NCBI GenBank assembly: GCA_963765205.1
Contig: CAVXVB010000008.1
Coordinates: 160,001 to 224,000, forward strand
Source: an uncultured Verrucomicrobiae bacterium
GTDB taxonomy: Bacteria; Verrucomicrobiota; Verrucomicrobiia; Opitutales; JABDGR01
Length of the DNA stretch: 64,000 nucleotides
Direction of reading: 5' to 3'
Shown: in pieces, positions 18,446-29,600 of the stretch
How positions within the stretch are numbered: position 1 is the first letter of the stretch
Layout: each line of letters opens with the position of its first letter
Notes under the pieces: generated by a model
Seen by the model: only the letters and a program-made list of their open reading frames with translations
Database searches by the model: none
What the model was told of the DNA's origin: nothing
Made by a program: the position numbers and the translations under genes

Positions 18446-19406
18446 AATTGACGACGTTTTGCGGCCTGCCTGCCAGACAGGCACGAATATTAGCCAGCGT
18501 GATGCCGAGCAGCCGGCGGCGCGCCTCCTCGCTGGCCCACGCCAGGTGCGGCGTGATGACGCAGTTGGGCAGACCGAGCAGGGGGCAATCGGCGCGCATC
18601 GGCTCCTGCGCCACCACGTCCAGCGCCGCGGCGCCGGGCCGGCCCGCACGCAACGCCGCCGCCAACGCGGCCTCATCCACCAGCCCGCCGCGCGCGGTAT
18701 TGACGAAGAGTGCGCCGGGCTCCATACGCGCGAGCAGCGCCGCGTTGACGAAGCGGGTGTTCTCCGGCGTCTGCGGGCAATGGAGCGAAACAATGTCCGC
18801 CCGCTCGAAAATTTCACCGATGTCGGCCCAGGCGAACGGTTGCCAGTCCGGCGGATTATGCCGGCGGCGAGCATAGGCGAGCACCTGGGCGCCGAGCGCG
18901 TGCGAAGTCGCACCCACTTGTGCGCCAATGGCGCCAAAACCGATGAGACCGACCGTGCGCCCGGCCAGCTCGCGCAGCGGCGTCTTCCAATATGAAAACC
19001 GCGGGCTGCGCACCCAGTCGCCCGCGCGCACGGACTGGTCGTGCAGCGCAACGTGGTTGCTCCATTCGAGCATCAGCGCGACCGCGTGCTGGGCGACGGA
19101 CGCGGTGCTGTAGTCCGGCGCATTGCAAACCGTCACCCCGCGCGCGCGCGCCGCCTTTGCGTCTATGATGTTGAAGCCCGTGGCCAGCACCGCGATGAGC
19201 CGCAAGTCCGGCAGCGCGGCGAGCGTGGCCGCGTCGAGCGGCACTTTGTTCGTGAGCACAATTTGCGCGCCAACGCAATTTTGCCGGATGGCGGCCGGGT
19301 CGTTCGGCGTGAGCGGATGCAGCACCAACTCCCCCAGCGCGCGGAAGCCGGCCCAGGCGTCGTCGGGAAAATCGAGGGTGGCCGCGTCGAGGACGGCGAT
19401 TTTCAT
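18444..19406 (-). CDS. D-2-hydroxyacid dehydrogenase (glycerate dehydrogenase/HprA-like)
   Basis: LTNKV, ATGFN, GLIGFGAIG, SLHCP, NTARGGLV, LDV..EP, ITPHLAW. Confidence 0.92.
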   Translation of the reverse strand: MKIAVLDAATLDFPDDAWAGFRALGELVLHPLTPNDPAAIRQNCVGAQIVLTNKVPLDAATLAALPDLRLIAVLATGFNIIDAKAARARGVTVCNAPDYSTASVAQHAVALMLEWSNHVALHDQSVRAGDWVRSPRFSYWKTPLRELAGRTVGLIGFGAIGAQVGATSHALGAQVLAYARRRHNPPDWQPFAWADIGEIFERADIVSLHCPQTPENTRFVNAALLARMEPGALFVNTARGGLVDEAALAAALRAGRPGAAALDVVAQEPMRADCPLLGLPNCVITPHLAWASEEARRRLLGITLANIRACLAGRPQNVVN

Positions 19407-19547
19407 TCCCCAGCATCGCGCGGCGTCCGCGTGGTGGCAAGCTTTTGGCGCACGGCCGGACGTATTTTCGTAGCGCTGAGCTTCAGCCAGCGCTACGAAG
19501 CGAACCCTCGCCGCAAAATGCGCCGCGCCAAAACCCCGCCGCATTTT

Positions 19548-19581
19548 TAACTCGAAACCCACAACTCGAAACTCGAAACTA
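19548..19581. repeat. 7-nt tandem repeat (AAACTCG)n
   Basis: aactcgaaacccacaactcgaaactcgaaact just upstream of the ABC ATPase start. Confidence 0.8.
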
Positions 19582-19586
19582 ACCCC

Positions 19587-20378
19587 ATGACCGCATCCCG
19601 ACCCGCCAGCGTCGCGCTGGAAGCCGTGGGCAAACGGTTCAACGACGGGCCGGAGGTGCTGGCCAGCGTCACGCTGACGGCGCGGCCCGGGGATTTCATC
19701 GCGCTCATTGGCCCGAGCGGCTGCGGCAAAACCACCCTGCTGCGCCTGCTCGCGGGATTGACACTGCCTAGCGCGGGCGCAATCACCCTCGACGGCGTCA
19801 TCCCGACGGAGGCGCGCGGGCACCTCTCGTTTATTTTTCAAGAGCCGACGCTGCTGCCCTGGCTAACGGCGCAGCACAATGTCGAGCTGCCGCTGCGTTT
19901 GCGCGGCGAACCGGGCGCGCCGCGCCAAGAACGGGCGCTCGAACTGCTGAAGCTCGTGGGCCTGGAAGCGGCGGCGGCGCAATTTCCACGGCAGCTTTCC
20001 GGCGGGATGAAGATGCGCGTGTCGCTAGCCCGCGCACTAACGCGCCAACCGGGTTTGCTGTTGCTCGACGAGCCGTTCGGCGCACTCGACGAATTAACGC
20101 GCAACCGCCTCAACGAAGACCTGCTGCGCCTACGCGAGCGCGCGCCGTTCACGGCGTTTTTCGTCACCCATTCGGTGAGCGAGGCGGTGTTTTTGAGCAA
20201 CCGGATTTTTGTCCTCGCGGCCAATCCCGGGCGCGTGGCGGCGGAGATCGTCGCGCCGTTCCCCTACCCGCGCACGGCGGAACTGCGCGAAACGCCGGAA
20301 TACCTGCAACTCGTCGCGCGCGTCACCGCCACGTTGCGGGCAAGCGGCTCGCCAACCGCAAACAAAATTGCGCCATGA
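19587..20378 (+). CDS. NitT/TauT-type ABC transporter ATP-binding protein
   Basis: GPSGCGKT, FQEPTLLPW, LSGGMK, LLDEPFGALD, VTH. Confidence 0.92.
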   Translation: MTASRPASVALEAVGKRFNDGPEVLASVTLTARPGDFIALIGPSGCGKTTLLRLLAGLTLPSAGAITLDGVIPTEARGHLSFIFQEPTLLPWLTAQHNVELPLRLRGEPGAPRQERALELLKLVGLEAAAAQFPRQLSGGMKMRVSLARALTRQPGLLLLDEPFGALDELTRNRLNEDLLRLRERAPFTAFFVTHSVSEAVFLSNRIFVLAANPGRVAAEIVAPFPYPRTAELRETPEYLQLVARVTATLRASGSPTANKIAP

Positions 20379-21163
20379 ACTCATCCACGAAAAAAAGCCC
20401 GCTGTGGTTGCCGCCGTTGCTGGCCGGGGCGGGGCTGCTGGCGTTGTGGTATGGGGCCATCGCGGCGTTCCGCATCCCGACCTATTTGCTGCCCGCGCCC
20501 CATGAGATTCTACAGGCGCTGTGGCGTGAGCGCGCGTCGTTGTTACCGGCGGCACTGCGCACGGGCGGCTCGGCGTTGGCGGGTTTTTTGGCCGCGGTGG
20601 TGGGCGGCGCGGTGGTGGCGGTGACGCTGGCCAGCTCGCGGCAGGTCAAGGCCGCGCTGCTGCCGTGGGTATTGGTGGTGCAAATGGTGCCGGTGGTGGT
20701 GCTGGTGCCGATCTTTGTCATCTGGTGGGGCGCGGGCCTGCCGAGCATCGTGGCGATTGCCTTTGTGATTTCCTTTTTTCCCGTCGTCGCGAGCACAACT
20801 CTGGGCCTGGTTTCGACCGACCGCGGGCTGCTCGATTTGTTCACGGTGCTGCAAGCGAGCAAGGCGCAGGAAATTTTCCTGCTGCGGCTGCCTTACGCGT
20901 TGCCCTACTTTCTCTCGGGGGTGAAAATTGCCGCGACACTCGCGCCCATTGGGGCGATTTCCGGCGAATTCCTCGCCGGGACGACGCCCGACAGCCTCGG
21001 CTACCTGCTGCTGATTTACCGCAGCGATCCGGGCAAAATGCCCGAGGTGTTTGCGATTGCACTGGTCACCTGCGCGCTGGGATTTTTATTTGTCGGCGCG
21101 GTGCGGTTGCTGAGCGGGCGGCTGCTGCGCCACTGGCACGAATCGGAACGGCGCGGCGAGTAG
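20375..21163 (+). CDS. NitT/TauT-type ABC transporter permease
   Basis: LPAP N-terminal motif, TM helices, LRLPYALP, GEF; 4-nt overlap with the ATPase gene. Confidence 0.9.
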   Translation: MNSSTKKSPLWLPPLLAGAGLLALWYGAIAAFRIPTYLLPAPHEILQALWRERASLLPAALRTGGSALAGFLAAVVGGAVVAVTLASSRQVKAALLPWVLVVQMVPVVVLVPIFVIWWGAGLPSIVAIAFVISFFPVVASTTLGLVSTDRGLLDLFTVLQASKAQEIFLLRLPYALPYFLSGVKIAATLAPIGAISGEFLAGTTPDSLGYLLLIYRSDPGKMPEVFAIALVTCALGFLFVGAVRLLSGRLLRHWHESERRGE

Positions 21164-21168
21164 CGGCT

Positions 21169-22326
21169 TCACGCGTAAGGAAATTTCGCCCACTTCGCGC
21201 CGGCTTTCGCGCTTTTGACCGCAGTTTCGATGAAGGTCATCCCGATGACGCCGTCTTCGATGGTGGGATAATCGAGGTCCTTGGGCAGGGGCCGGCCTTC
21301 GACTTCTGCCTCAATGGCGCGGAAGGCTTCGAGGTAAATATTGGCGAAGGCCTCGAGGTAGCCCTCGGGGTGGCCAAAGGGGATGCGCGTGAATTTCTTC
21401 GCGGTGGCGCCGACGTAGCTGTTGCCCCGCCGCCAGATTTCGCGCGGGCGGTCGGGATATTTCATGATGAGTTCGTTGGGATGCTCCTGGTGCCATTCCA
21501 ACGCCGCCTGGTCGCCGTAAACACGGATGTTGAGGTTATTTTCCTCGCCGATGGAAATTTGCGAGGCGTGCAGCACGCCCTTCGCGCCGCCGGCGAAACG
21601 CACGAGGATGTTCGCGTCATCCTCGAGCGCGCGGCCGGGGACGAAGGTCGTGAGGTCGGCGCAGAGAGACTCGATGCGCAGGCCGGTGATGTAACGGGCG
21701 AGGTTTTCGGCGTGGGTGCCGATGTCGCCCAGGCAGCAGGCTGCGCCGGATTTCTTCGGGTCGGCGCGCCAGGCCGCCTGCTTCTGGCCGGTGGTTTCGA
21801 GACGCTGCCAGAGCCAGCCTTGCGGGTATTCGACGACGACCTTGCGAATTTTACCGAGGCGGCCCGACTGCACCAGTTCGCGCGCCTGCTTGACCATGGC
21901 GTTGCCGGTATAGTTGTGCGTGAGCACAAAGACTTTTTTGGTCCGGCGCACGATCTCGCGCAATTTTTTCGCCTCGGCGAGGTTGAGCGTCGCGGGCTTG
22001 TCGCACACGACGTTGAAGCCGGCCTCAAGCAGGAGTTTCGCCGGCGGGAAATGCTCGTGGTTGGGCGTGACGATGACGACGAAATCGAGCCGCGTGAGCG
22101 CGGGCATTTTCGACTCGGCTTTCACCATCTCGGCATAGGTGGCATAAACGCGCGCGGGGTCGAGCAGCAAATCCTGCCCGGTCAGGCGCGAATTTTCCGG
22201 GTCGGCGGAAAAGCAGCCGGCGACCAGCTCGGCCTTGCCGTCCATGACGGCCACAATGCGGTGCACCGCGCCGATAAAAGCGCCGCGCCCGCCACCAATC
22301 ATGCCAAAACGTAGTTTGCGTTTCAT
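21169..22326 (-). CDS. Gfo/Idh/MocA family oxidoreductase
   Basis: [33 protein letters not shown]. Confidence 0.93.
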   Translation of the reverse strand: MKRKLRFGMIGGGRGAFIGAVHRIVAVMDGKAELVAGCFSADPENSRLTGQDLLLDPARVYATYAEMVKAESKMPALTRLDFVVIVTPNHEHFPPAKLLLEAGFNVVCDKPATLNLAEAKKLREIVRRTKKVFVLTHNYTGNAMVKQARELVQSGRLGKIRKVVVEYPQGWLWQRLETTGQKQAAWRADPKKSGAACCLGDIGTHAENLARYITGLRIESLCADLTTFVPGRALEDDANILVRFAGGAKGVLHASQISIGEENNLNIRVYGDQAALEWHQEHPNELIMKYPDRPREIWRRGNSYVGATAKKFTRIPFGHPEGYLEAFANIYLEAFRAIEAEVEGRPLPKDLDYPTIEDGVIGMTFIETAVKSAKAGAKWAKFPYA

Positions 22327-22344
22327 GGGGAAGAAGAAGAAGGA

Positions 22345-22798
22345 TTAACCACGGAGAACACGGAGGACACAGAGGGGTTAAATGATAAGGCGTTTGATAC
22401 CTTGTTTGAGTAGACGAACCTTAAAGTTGACAAGCCAGCCTATGCGGTTGTTGGTGAGGCGCAGGTAGTCAGCACTTGGGCTTCATGAATCGGTAACAAC
22501 TCCTCCACCGTTTTCAACTCAACAATAATGGAATCTTCCACCAGCAGGTCGATGCGAAATCCTTCATCGAAAGTCAGGCCATCGTATTCCACCGGCACGA
22601 TTTTTTGACGCTCAGCCCGCAACCCTCGTTTGCGAATTTCGTCGGCGAGACAAGCCTCGTAAACGGATTCCAACAAGCCGGGTCCCAGCGTTGTATGCAC
22701 CTGCAATGCCGCCGCCAAAATCCGGCCTGTAAGTTTTTCTTGTTCCATAAAGACAATTTCTCCGTGTCCTCCGTGTCCTCCGTGTTCTCCGTGTTTAA
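22345..22798. mobile_element. Putative GxxExxY element: gene bracketed by inverted 9-nt tandem arms
   Basis: Left arm ttaaccacggagaacacggaggacacagagg (22345-22375); right arm ctccgtgtcctccgtgtcctccgtgttctccgtgtttaa (22760-22798). Mobility is inferred. Confidence 0.55.
22378..22748 (-). CDS. GxxExxY family protein (PD-(D/E)XK-like); one-base deletion near 22468
   Basis: LGPGLLESVYE, RIDLLVEDSIIVELK. Restoring one base after HEAQVL gives TYLRLTNNRIGWLVNFKVRLLKQGIKRLII*. Confidence 0.9.
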
Positions 22799-22804
22799 AT
22801 TTCT

Positions 22805-23848
<1,044 letters not shown>

Positions 23849-23879
23849 GGGGTAATCTTTCTGGTTTAAAATTTGCCGT

Positions 23880-24236
23880 TTACAATGACAAAAGAATTCG
23901 CAGCCGGTCTTCGACTTCAGCCATCGTGGCCGGGGCAACCATGCCCCAGCGGCGTTCCAGGCGCGCTTTGCTCACCGAACGAATCGCTTCGCACATGATG
24001 GCGGACGGAGCTTTGAGTCCACCCTCGGAAGGTTCGGCGACCACATGCCAGGGAATCGAACGCAGGTTGGTGGTAATGGGAATCGCCACCACCAGATCCG
24101 CCCCACTCTGGTTAAATTCCGCCACCGAGACGACGAGCACTGGCCGACGCCCCGCTTGCTCGCGTCCCTTGATGGGATCGAGATCAGCCAACCAAACTTC
24201 GCCTCGTTGCGGATTTATGGAAGTGGTGGGCGCCAT
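23880..24236 (-). CDS. PemK/MazF family toxin
   Basis: [40 protein letters not shown]. Confidence 0.92.
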   Translation of the reverse strand: MAPTTSINPQRGEVWLADLDPIKGREQAGRRPVLVVSVAEFNQSGADLVVAIPITTNLRSIPWHVVAEPSEGGLKAPSAIMCEAIRSVSKARLERRWGMVAPATMAEVEDRLRILLSL

Positions 24237-24239
24237 GGT

Positions 24240-24489
24240 TCAGCGGCTTTTCAATCCATCAGCTAAGTGTGACCTCCCACTCACCCAACTCCGACTGGTG
24301 CTTTTTCCAGGCCCGCGGGTCGCGGCGCAACGCGTCGTAGGCTGCGCTGGCTTCTTCCAGGAATTTCTGGCGACGGTAGGTTTCCAGCGCTTGGTCAAGA
24401 ACCTCCGACATGCTGGCATCGTCTGCGGAAGCAAGACGGCGCAGCAACGCGTGGCCCTTGGACGAAATACGGACGGTGGTGGCGGACAT
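24240..24489 (-). CDS. Putative RHH antitoxin; apparent +1 frameshift near 24263
   Basis: TTVRIS N-terminal strand, directly upstream of the toxin. Removing one base gives the C-terminus EWEVTLADGLKSR*; as written it stops at 24259. Confidence 0.8.
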
Positions 24490-24494
24490 GAGCC

Positions 24495-24524
24495 TATTCA
24501 GGCCTTTGAATACATTTTTGTCAA
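24495..24524 (-). promoter_or_regulatory. Candidate TA promoter/operator
   Basis: TTGACA on the minus strand (24519-24524) and inverted repeat TATTCA-N6-TGAATA (24495-24512) just upstream of the antitoxin ATG. Confidence 0.5.
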
Positions 24525-24549
24525 CAATTTTGGCTACCAAAATGACATC

Positions 24550-25656
24550 TTACAACACCACAAGCGAATCCCGGTGCACCAGCTCAAGTTTTTTGCGGCC
24601 GGGGAATTTTTTCGCGATTTCGGTGCTGTCCTGGCCGGCGATGGCGCGGGCCTCGGCGGCGTTAAATTGGACAATGCCGCGCGCGATGGCCGCGCCGGTC
24701 GCGCCGATGATGGCGACGACGTCGCCGGCGGCGAACGCGCCTTCGATGCCCGTCACGCCTTTGGCGAGCAAACTGCCGCCTTGGTCGCGCAGGGCGCGCT
24801 CCGCGCCGGCGTCCACCAGCACCCGGCCGGCGGGCTGCTGGAACCAGGCGATCCAGCGCTTGCGGGAATCGAGCGCGATTTTTTCCGGGACGAAGAAGGT
24901 GCCCGCGCCCGCGCCAGCGAGCAGGCGCGGCAGAATCGCCGGGTCCGCGCCGCTGGCGATGATGACGCCGCAGCCGGAGCGCGCGGCGATTTTCACGGCG
25001 GCGAGTTTGCTGATCATGCCGCCGACGGCGGTGTCGCTCTCGGTGCCGCCCGCGAGCGCTTCGATTTGCGGGGTGATTTTTTCGACGACGGGGATGATGT
25101 GGCCCGTGCCCGCGCGGTCCACGAGGCCCGGCGCGGTCGAAAGCAGAATGAGCAAGTCCGCCCCTGCGAGGCTGGCGACGAGGGCGGAGAGCGTGTCATT
25201 GTCGCCGAACTTCAATTCCTCGACGCTGACGGAGTCGTTTTCGTTGATGACGGGGATGAGGCCATCGGCGAGGATTTCCTCGAGCAGTTCCTTGACGGCG
25301 AGGTGCCTGCCGCGCGGGCCGAGGTTGTCGCGCGTGTAGAGGAGCTGGGCGACGGTGAGGCCGAAGGGGTTGAAGGCGCGCTGCCAGGTTTCAATCAGGA
25401 TGCTTTGGCCGACGGCGGCGCATTTTTGCACCGAGGTGAGTTTGGCCGGACGTTTCGCCAGGCCTAGACGGCCCATGCCGAGGCCGACCGCGCCGGAACT
25501 GACAATCAAAACTTGCAAACCCGCCGAGCGCAGCGCGGCGACCTCGCGCCCGAGCGCCATGATTTTGGCCGTGTCCAACTGCCCGACGCCGGAGGTAAGG
25601 ATGCCGGTGCCAATTTTCAAGACGACGCGACGGACGCGGGTGGGTAAAGGGGACAT
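24550..25656 (-). CDS. proB: Glutamate 5-kinase
   Basis: VLKIGT, VSSGAV, INENDSV, FGDNDTLSA, GGMISK, C-terminal PUA domain ending HRD. Confidence 0.96.
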   Translation of the reverse strand: MSPLPTRVRRVVLKIGTGILTSGVGQLDTAKIMALGREVAALRSAGLQVLIVSSGAVGLGMGRLGLAKRPAKLTSVQKCAAVGQSILIETWQRAFNPFGLTVAQLLYTRDNLGPRGRHLAVKELLEEILADGLIPVINENDSVSVEELKFGDNDTLSALVASLAGADLLILLSTAPGLVDRAGTGHIIPVVEKITPQIEALAGGTESDTAVGGMISKLAAVKIAARSGCGVIIASGADPAILPRLLAGAGAGTFFVPEKIALDSRKRWIAWFQQPAGRVLVDAGAERALRDQGGSLLAKGVTGIEGAFAAGDVVAIIGATGAAIARGIVQFNAAEARAIAGQDSTEIAKKFPGRKKLELVHRDSLVVL

Positions 25657-25665
25657 GGAATTTCT

Positions 25666-26085
25666 TTACTTATGCTTATTGAAATCGTTGAACATATTCT
25701 CCATTTGATCAAGAAGTGGCAATACAGACTGAGCAGTTTTTGTAAAAACATCCGATGAAGCACCAGGTTGATCATATCTGAACCAGCAATCTGGACCGCT
25801 TCCTAATTGCGGCTTAATTCTTACTCGTTGATCTAAATCCCAAGCGGTAACTTTATTCGGAGGTATTTGCTCGCCCCAATGAGTAGTGAAGCCTGCTGGC
25901 CCACATTGAGCTAATTCGATCACAAATCCACCTCCGTGACGATCAAATTGGAAGGTAATTAGAACAATGCGCGATTCACTGAGACGACGCAAATGCGGAA
26001 AAGAACCTGTAAATCCACATTCCCGTAAAGGCGGAATAATGATCGCCTTTAGTGCATCACGCATACGATCACTTGCATCGGACAT
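25666..26085 (-). CDS. DUF4304-like protein (AT-rich)
   Basis: LRECGFTGSFPHLRR..LITFQFDRHGGGFVIE; lower GC than its flanks. Confidence 0.7.
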   Translation of the reverse strand: MSDASDRMRDALKAIIIPPLRECGFTGSFPHLRRLSESRIVLITFQFDRHGGGFVIELAQCGPAGFTTHWGEQIPPNKVTAWDLDQRVRIKPQLGSGPDCWFRYDQPGASSDVFTKTAQSVLPLLDQMENMFNDFNKHK

Positions 26086-26089
26086 TGGA

Positions 26090-26650
26090 TCACACCTTCA
26101 TCAACTCGGCTTCCTTGGTGGCGAGGTGCTTGTTGATTTCGGCGATGAATTTGTCGTGCTCAAGCTGCACGTCCTTTTCGGAGCGCTTGAGGTCGTCCTC
26201 GGTGATCACGCCGGCGGACTTGGCCTTTTTCAGGACGTCGTTGGCTTCGCGGCGGACGGTGCGCACGCGGACGCGGCCTTCCTCGGCGTGGGTGTGGGCG
26301 ACCTTGGCGAGGTCCTGCCGGCGTTCGCGCGAAAGCTCGGGCATGGGGCAGCGGATGAGGTCGCCCTGCACGAGAGGATTGAAGCCGAGGTTGGCGGACT
26401 GGATGGCCTTTTCGATGTCGCGCAGCAAGCCCTTGTCCCACGGCTGGATTTGGATGGTGCGCGCGTCGGGCGTGGTGATGGCGGCGACTTCCTTGAGGCG
26501 CAGGGCGCTGCCGTAGGCCTGGACTTGCACGGACTCGACCATGACGGGCGTGGCCTTGCCGGTGTGCAACGTGGCGAATTCGTGCAGCGTGTGCTCGACC
26601 GCCTTGGTCATGGCGGCCCGGGATTCGGGGAGGATTTTTTTAGGGTCCAT
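26090..26650 (-). CDS. frr: Ribosome recycling factor
   Basis: TGKATP, IQPWDK, IEKAI, ERRQDL, RTVRREAN; downstream of pyrH. Confidence 0.96.
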   Translation of the reverse strand: MDPKKILPESRAAMTKAVEHTLHEFATLHTGKATPVMVESVQVQAYGSALRLKEVAAITTPDARTIQIQPWDKGLLRDIEKAIQSANLGFNPLVQGDLIRCPMPELSRERRQDLAKVAHTHAEEGRVRVRTVRREANDVLKKAKSAGVITEDDLKRSEKDVQLEHDKFIAEINKHLATKEAELMKV

Positions 26651-26664
26651 AAGGGAAAGAGTAG

Positions 26665-26742
26665 GAATGGAAGATGGAAAATGGAAGATGGAATAAAAGA
26701 GGGGAGCCTGAGACGGATTTTTCCATCTTCCATTTTTCATTC
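26665..26742. repeat. Inverted pair of 7-nt tandem arms (AAGATGG)n between pyrH and frr
   Basis: gaatggaagatggaaaatggaagatggaa ... ttccatcttccatttttcattc. Confidence 0.9.
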
Positions 26743-26746
26743 TTTG

Positions 26747-27490
26747 CTACTGTACCATCGTCCCCGTGCTTTGGCCGAGGACGGCTTTGCGGATGCCGTC
26801 AGGGTCGGCGAGGTTGAAGACGAGGATGGGGATGTGGTTGTCCAGACAGAGGGAGAACGCCGCCGAGTCCATGACGTTGAGGCGCTGGCGCAGGGCGTCG
26901 AGGTAGGACAGCGTGGTGTATTTTTTGGCGTCGGGGAATTTTTTGGGGTCGCGGTCGTAAACGCCGTCCACCTGCGTGGCCTTGATGAGGATTTGTGCGC
27001 CGAGTTCGGAGGCGCGCAGCGCGGCGGTGGTGTCGGTGGAAAAATAGGGGTTGCCGGTGCCGGCCACAAAGATGACGAGGCGGCCGCGTTCGAGGTGGCG
27101 CAGGGCGCGGCGCAGGATATACGGCTCGGCGATCTTGTCCATGGGGATGGCCGTCATGACGCGGACTTCGACACCGAGTTTTTCGAGGCCGTCCATGAGC
27201 GCGAGGCCGTTGATGACGGTGGCCAACATGCCCATATAGTCGCCCGTGGCGCGGTCGGTGCCCTGGGTGGTCATGCCCTTGAGGCCGCGAAAGATGTTGC
27301 CCCCGCCGACGACGACGCCGACCTGCACGCCGAGGTCATGCACTTCCTTGAGCTGGTGGCAGATGCGCGTGAGAATCTCGCTGTCAATCGGGTCGCCGCC
27401 CGCGGAATTCTTCAACGCCTCGCCGCTGAGCTTGAGGACAATACGGCGGTATTTCGGCTTGGGCTGGGCGCGGGCGGAGGCAGGTTTCAT
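26747..27490 (-). CDS. pyrH: UMP kinase
   Basis: [35 protein letters not shown]. Confidence 0.97.
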   Translation of the reverse strand: MKPASARAQPKPKYRRIVLKLSGEALKNSAGGDPIDSEILTRICHQLKEVHDLGVQVGVVVGGGNIFRGLKGMTTQGTDRATGDYMGMLATVINGLALMDGLEKLGVEVRVMTAIPMDKIAEPYILRRALRHLERGRLVIFVAGTGNPYFSTDTTAALRASELGAQILIKATQVDGVYDRDPKKFPDAKKYTTLSYLDALRQRLNVMDSAAFSLCLDNHIPILVFNLADPDGIRKAVLGQSTGTMVQ

Positions 27491-27669
27491 GCAAAAACGG
27501 GTAATGCCGGGAAAATCGCCCGGCGTCAATCCTGTGTCGCAGATTTACAAGATAGACAAAAAACGTCACAATTGCGTAAATTCTAGCCCATCAGCGGATT
27601 CCCGCAGGTTCGGGCTTGCGTCCCGGGCGGTTTCGCGGTTTTTTGGAGGGCTGGCCGAACCGGCCACGC

Positions 27670-29457
27670 ATGCCCGACCCGACCCCCAAAGAGGAAGTCA
27701 TTTTACAAGGCGTGCCCGCTTCCCCCGGCGTGGCGCATGGCCCCGCCTTTGTCTTTTTGCAAAAGGAACTGGAAATCCCCGTGTACGAAGTCGAGGAAGC
27801 GCGCCGCCCGGTGGAAATCCGCCGCTTCGAGCAGGCGCTGACGGCGACGCGCGCGCAGATTTCGAAATTGCGCGCGGAGGTCGCCAGTTCGCTCGGCGAA
27901 AGCGAGGCGCGCATCCTGGACGCGCATTTGCTCGTCCTCGAAGATAACGCCCTGATTGAGGAAACCATCCACGAGTTGCGCACGAAGGGCTACAACGTGG
28001 ACTATTGCTTCAGCACCGTCGCCCAGCGCTACATTGACGCCTTCGGCAAAATGGAGGACGAGTATTTGCGCGAGCGCGCGGCGGACATTCGCAACGTCGC
28101 CCGGCGCGTGCTCCACCAACTGCTCGGGCATTCGGCCGCGTCGCTCTCGCGCCTGGGCGGCCAGCGTGTGATCATCGCGCAGGATATTTCACCCTCGGAC
28201 GCGGCGAGCCTGGACCGGCACAGCGTGCTGGCCATGGCCACCGACACCGGCAGCCGCACCAGCCACGCTGTCATCATGGCGCGCTCGATGCAAATTCCCG
28301 CCGTCGTGGGCCTGCACGACGCCACGCGCCGGGTCGAAAACAACGACCGCGTGCTGGTGGACGGCTACGAAGGCCTGCTCATCATCAACCCGACCAACCA
28401 GACGCTCTTCCGTTACGGCCGCATCGAGCAGCGCCAGCGCGACATCCGCCACGCCATTGAGGAAGTCATCCCGCAGCCGTGCGAATCGCGCGACGGCCAA
28501 CGCCTGGGATTGATGGCCAACATTTCCGGCCCGGAAGACATCGAGGACGTCAAGCGCTTTGGCGCGGAGGGCGTCGGCCTTTACCGCACAGAAGCGTTGT
28601 TCATCCGCCGGGACAAATTTCCGGATGAAGAAGAGCAATTCGAGGCCTACAAGGCGGTCGTCACGGCGCTCCAGCCCCGCCCGGTGGTCATCCGCACCCT
28701 CGACTTGGGCGGCGACAAGCAGACCAGCACCTCGCACCTCGCGCATCCGGAAGACAACCCCTTCATGGGTTTCCGCGCCATCCGCTTTTGCCTCGACCAC
28801 TCCGACATGTTCCGCGACCAGTTGCGCGCCATTCTGCGCGCGAGCGCCTTTGGCGCGGTCAAGATCATGTATCCCATGATCAGCGGCCTGCAGGAACTGG
28901 TGCAGGCCAACCTCCTCCTGGAACAGGCCAAGGACGAATTGCGCGCGCGCAAGGTGGCCTTCGACAAAAACATCTGCGTCGGCAGCATGATTGAAATCCC
29001 CAGTGCGGCGTGGACGGCCGACCAACTCGCGCAGCACTGCTCCTTTTTCAGCATCGGCACCAACGACCTCATCCAATACCTCCTGGCCGTGGACCGGGTG
29101 AATGACCGCGTCGCGCATCTTTACGAGCCGGCGCACCCGGCCGTGCTGCGGGCTATCCAGCACATCATCGCCACCGCGCGCCAGCACAAGCTCACCACCA
29201 GCATCTGCGGCGAAATGGGCGGCGACCCGCTCTTCACCCCCATCTTCCTCGGCATGGGCGCGGATGATTTGAGCGTGGCTCCGGCCGGCCTGCCCGATGT
29301 CAAATATCTTCTGCGCAACATCCGCCTCGACGAGGCGCAGGCCCTCGCCGCCAAGGCCTTGCAGCAAACCGACCCGAAAAACACGCTCGCCATCCTGCGC
29401 AAGTTCTACCTGGAGCACATGGGCAGCCTCGCGCGGGCGGACGTGGGGCAGGCTTGA
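27670..29457 (+). CDS. ptsI: Phosphoenolpyruvate-protein phosphotransferase (PTS enzyme I)
   Basis: GSRTSHAVIMAR (phospho-His), GVGLYRTE, RTLDLGGDK, SIGTNDL, CGEM. Confidence 0.95.
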   Translation: MPDPTPKEEVILQGVPASPGVAHGPAFVFLQKELEIPVYEVEEARRPVEIRRFEQALTATRAQISKLRAEVASSLGESEARILDAHLLVLEDNALIEETIHELRTKGYNVDYCFSTVAQRYIDAFGKMEDEYLRERAADIRNVARRVLHQLLGHSAASLSRLGGQRVIIAQDISPSDAASLDRHSVLAMATDTGSRTSHAVIMARSMQIPAVVGLHDATRRVENNDRVLVDGYEGLLIINPTNQTLFRYGRIEQRQRDIRHAIEEVIPQPCESRDGQRLGLMANISGPEDIEDVKRFGAEGVGLYRTEALFIRRDKFPDEEEQFEAYKAVVTALQPRPVVIRTLDLGGDKQTSTSHLAHPEDNPFMGFRAIRFCLDHSDMFRDQLRAILRASAFGAVKIMYPMISGLQELVQANLLLEQAKDELRARKVAFDKNICVGSMIEIPSAAWTADQLAQHCSFFSIGTNDLIQYLLAVDRVNDRVAHLYEPAHPAVLRAIQHIIATARQHKLTTSICGEMGGDPLFTPIFLGMGADDLSVAPAGLPDVKYLLRNIRLDEAQALAAKALQQTDPKNTLAILRKFYLEHMGSLARADVGQA

Positions 29458-29600
29458 GCCGCGGGCAACGTCAATTTCCTCGACGGGCCGCCCGGTTGTC
29501 ATTATTTTGAGAACTTTGGCTTCATCGGCAGGTCTTATCCTGAATATTGGCATCCCGTCCCCGCGGTGAAGCACCCCTCCATTTTTTTCGCCCGACTCGC

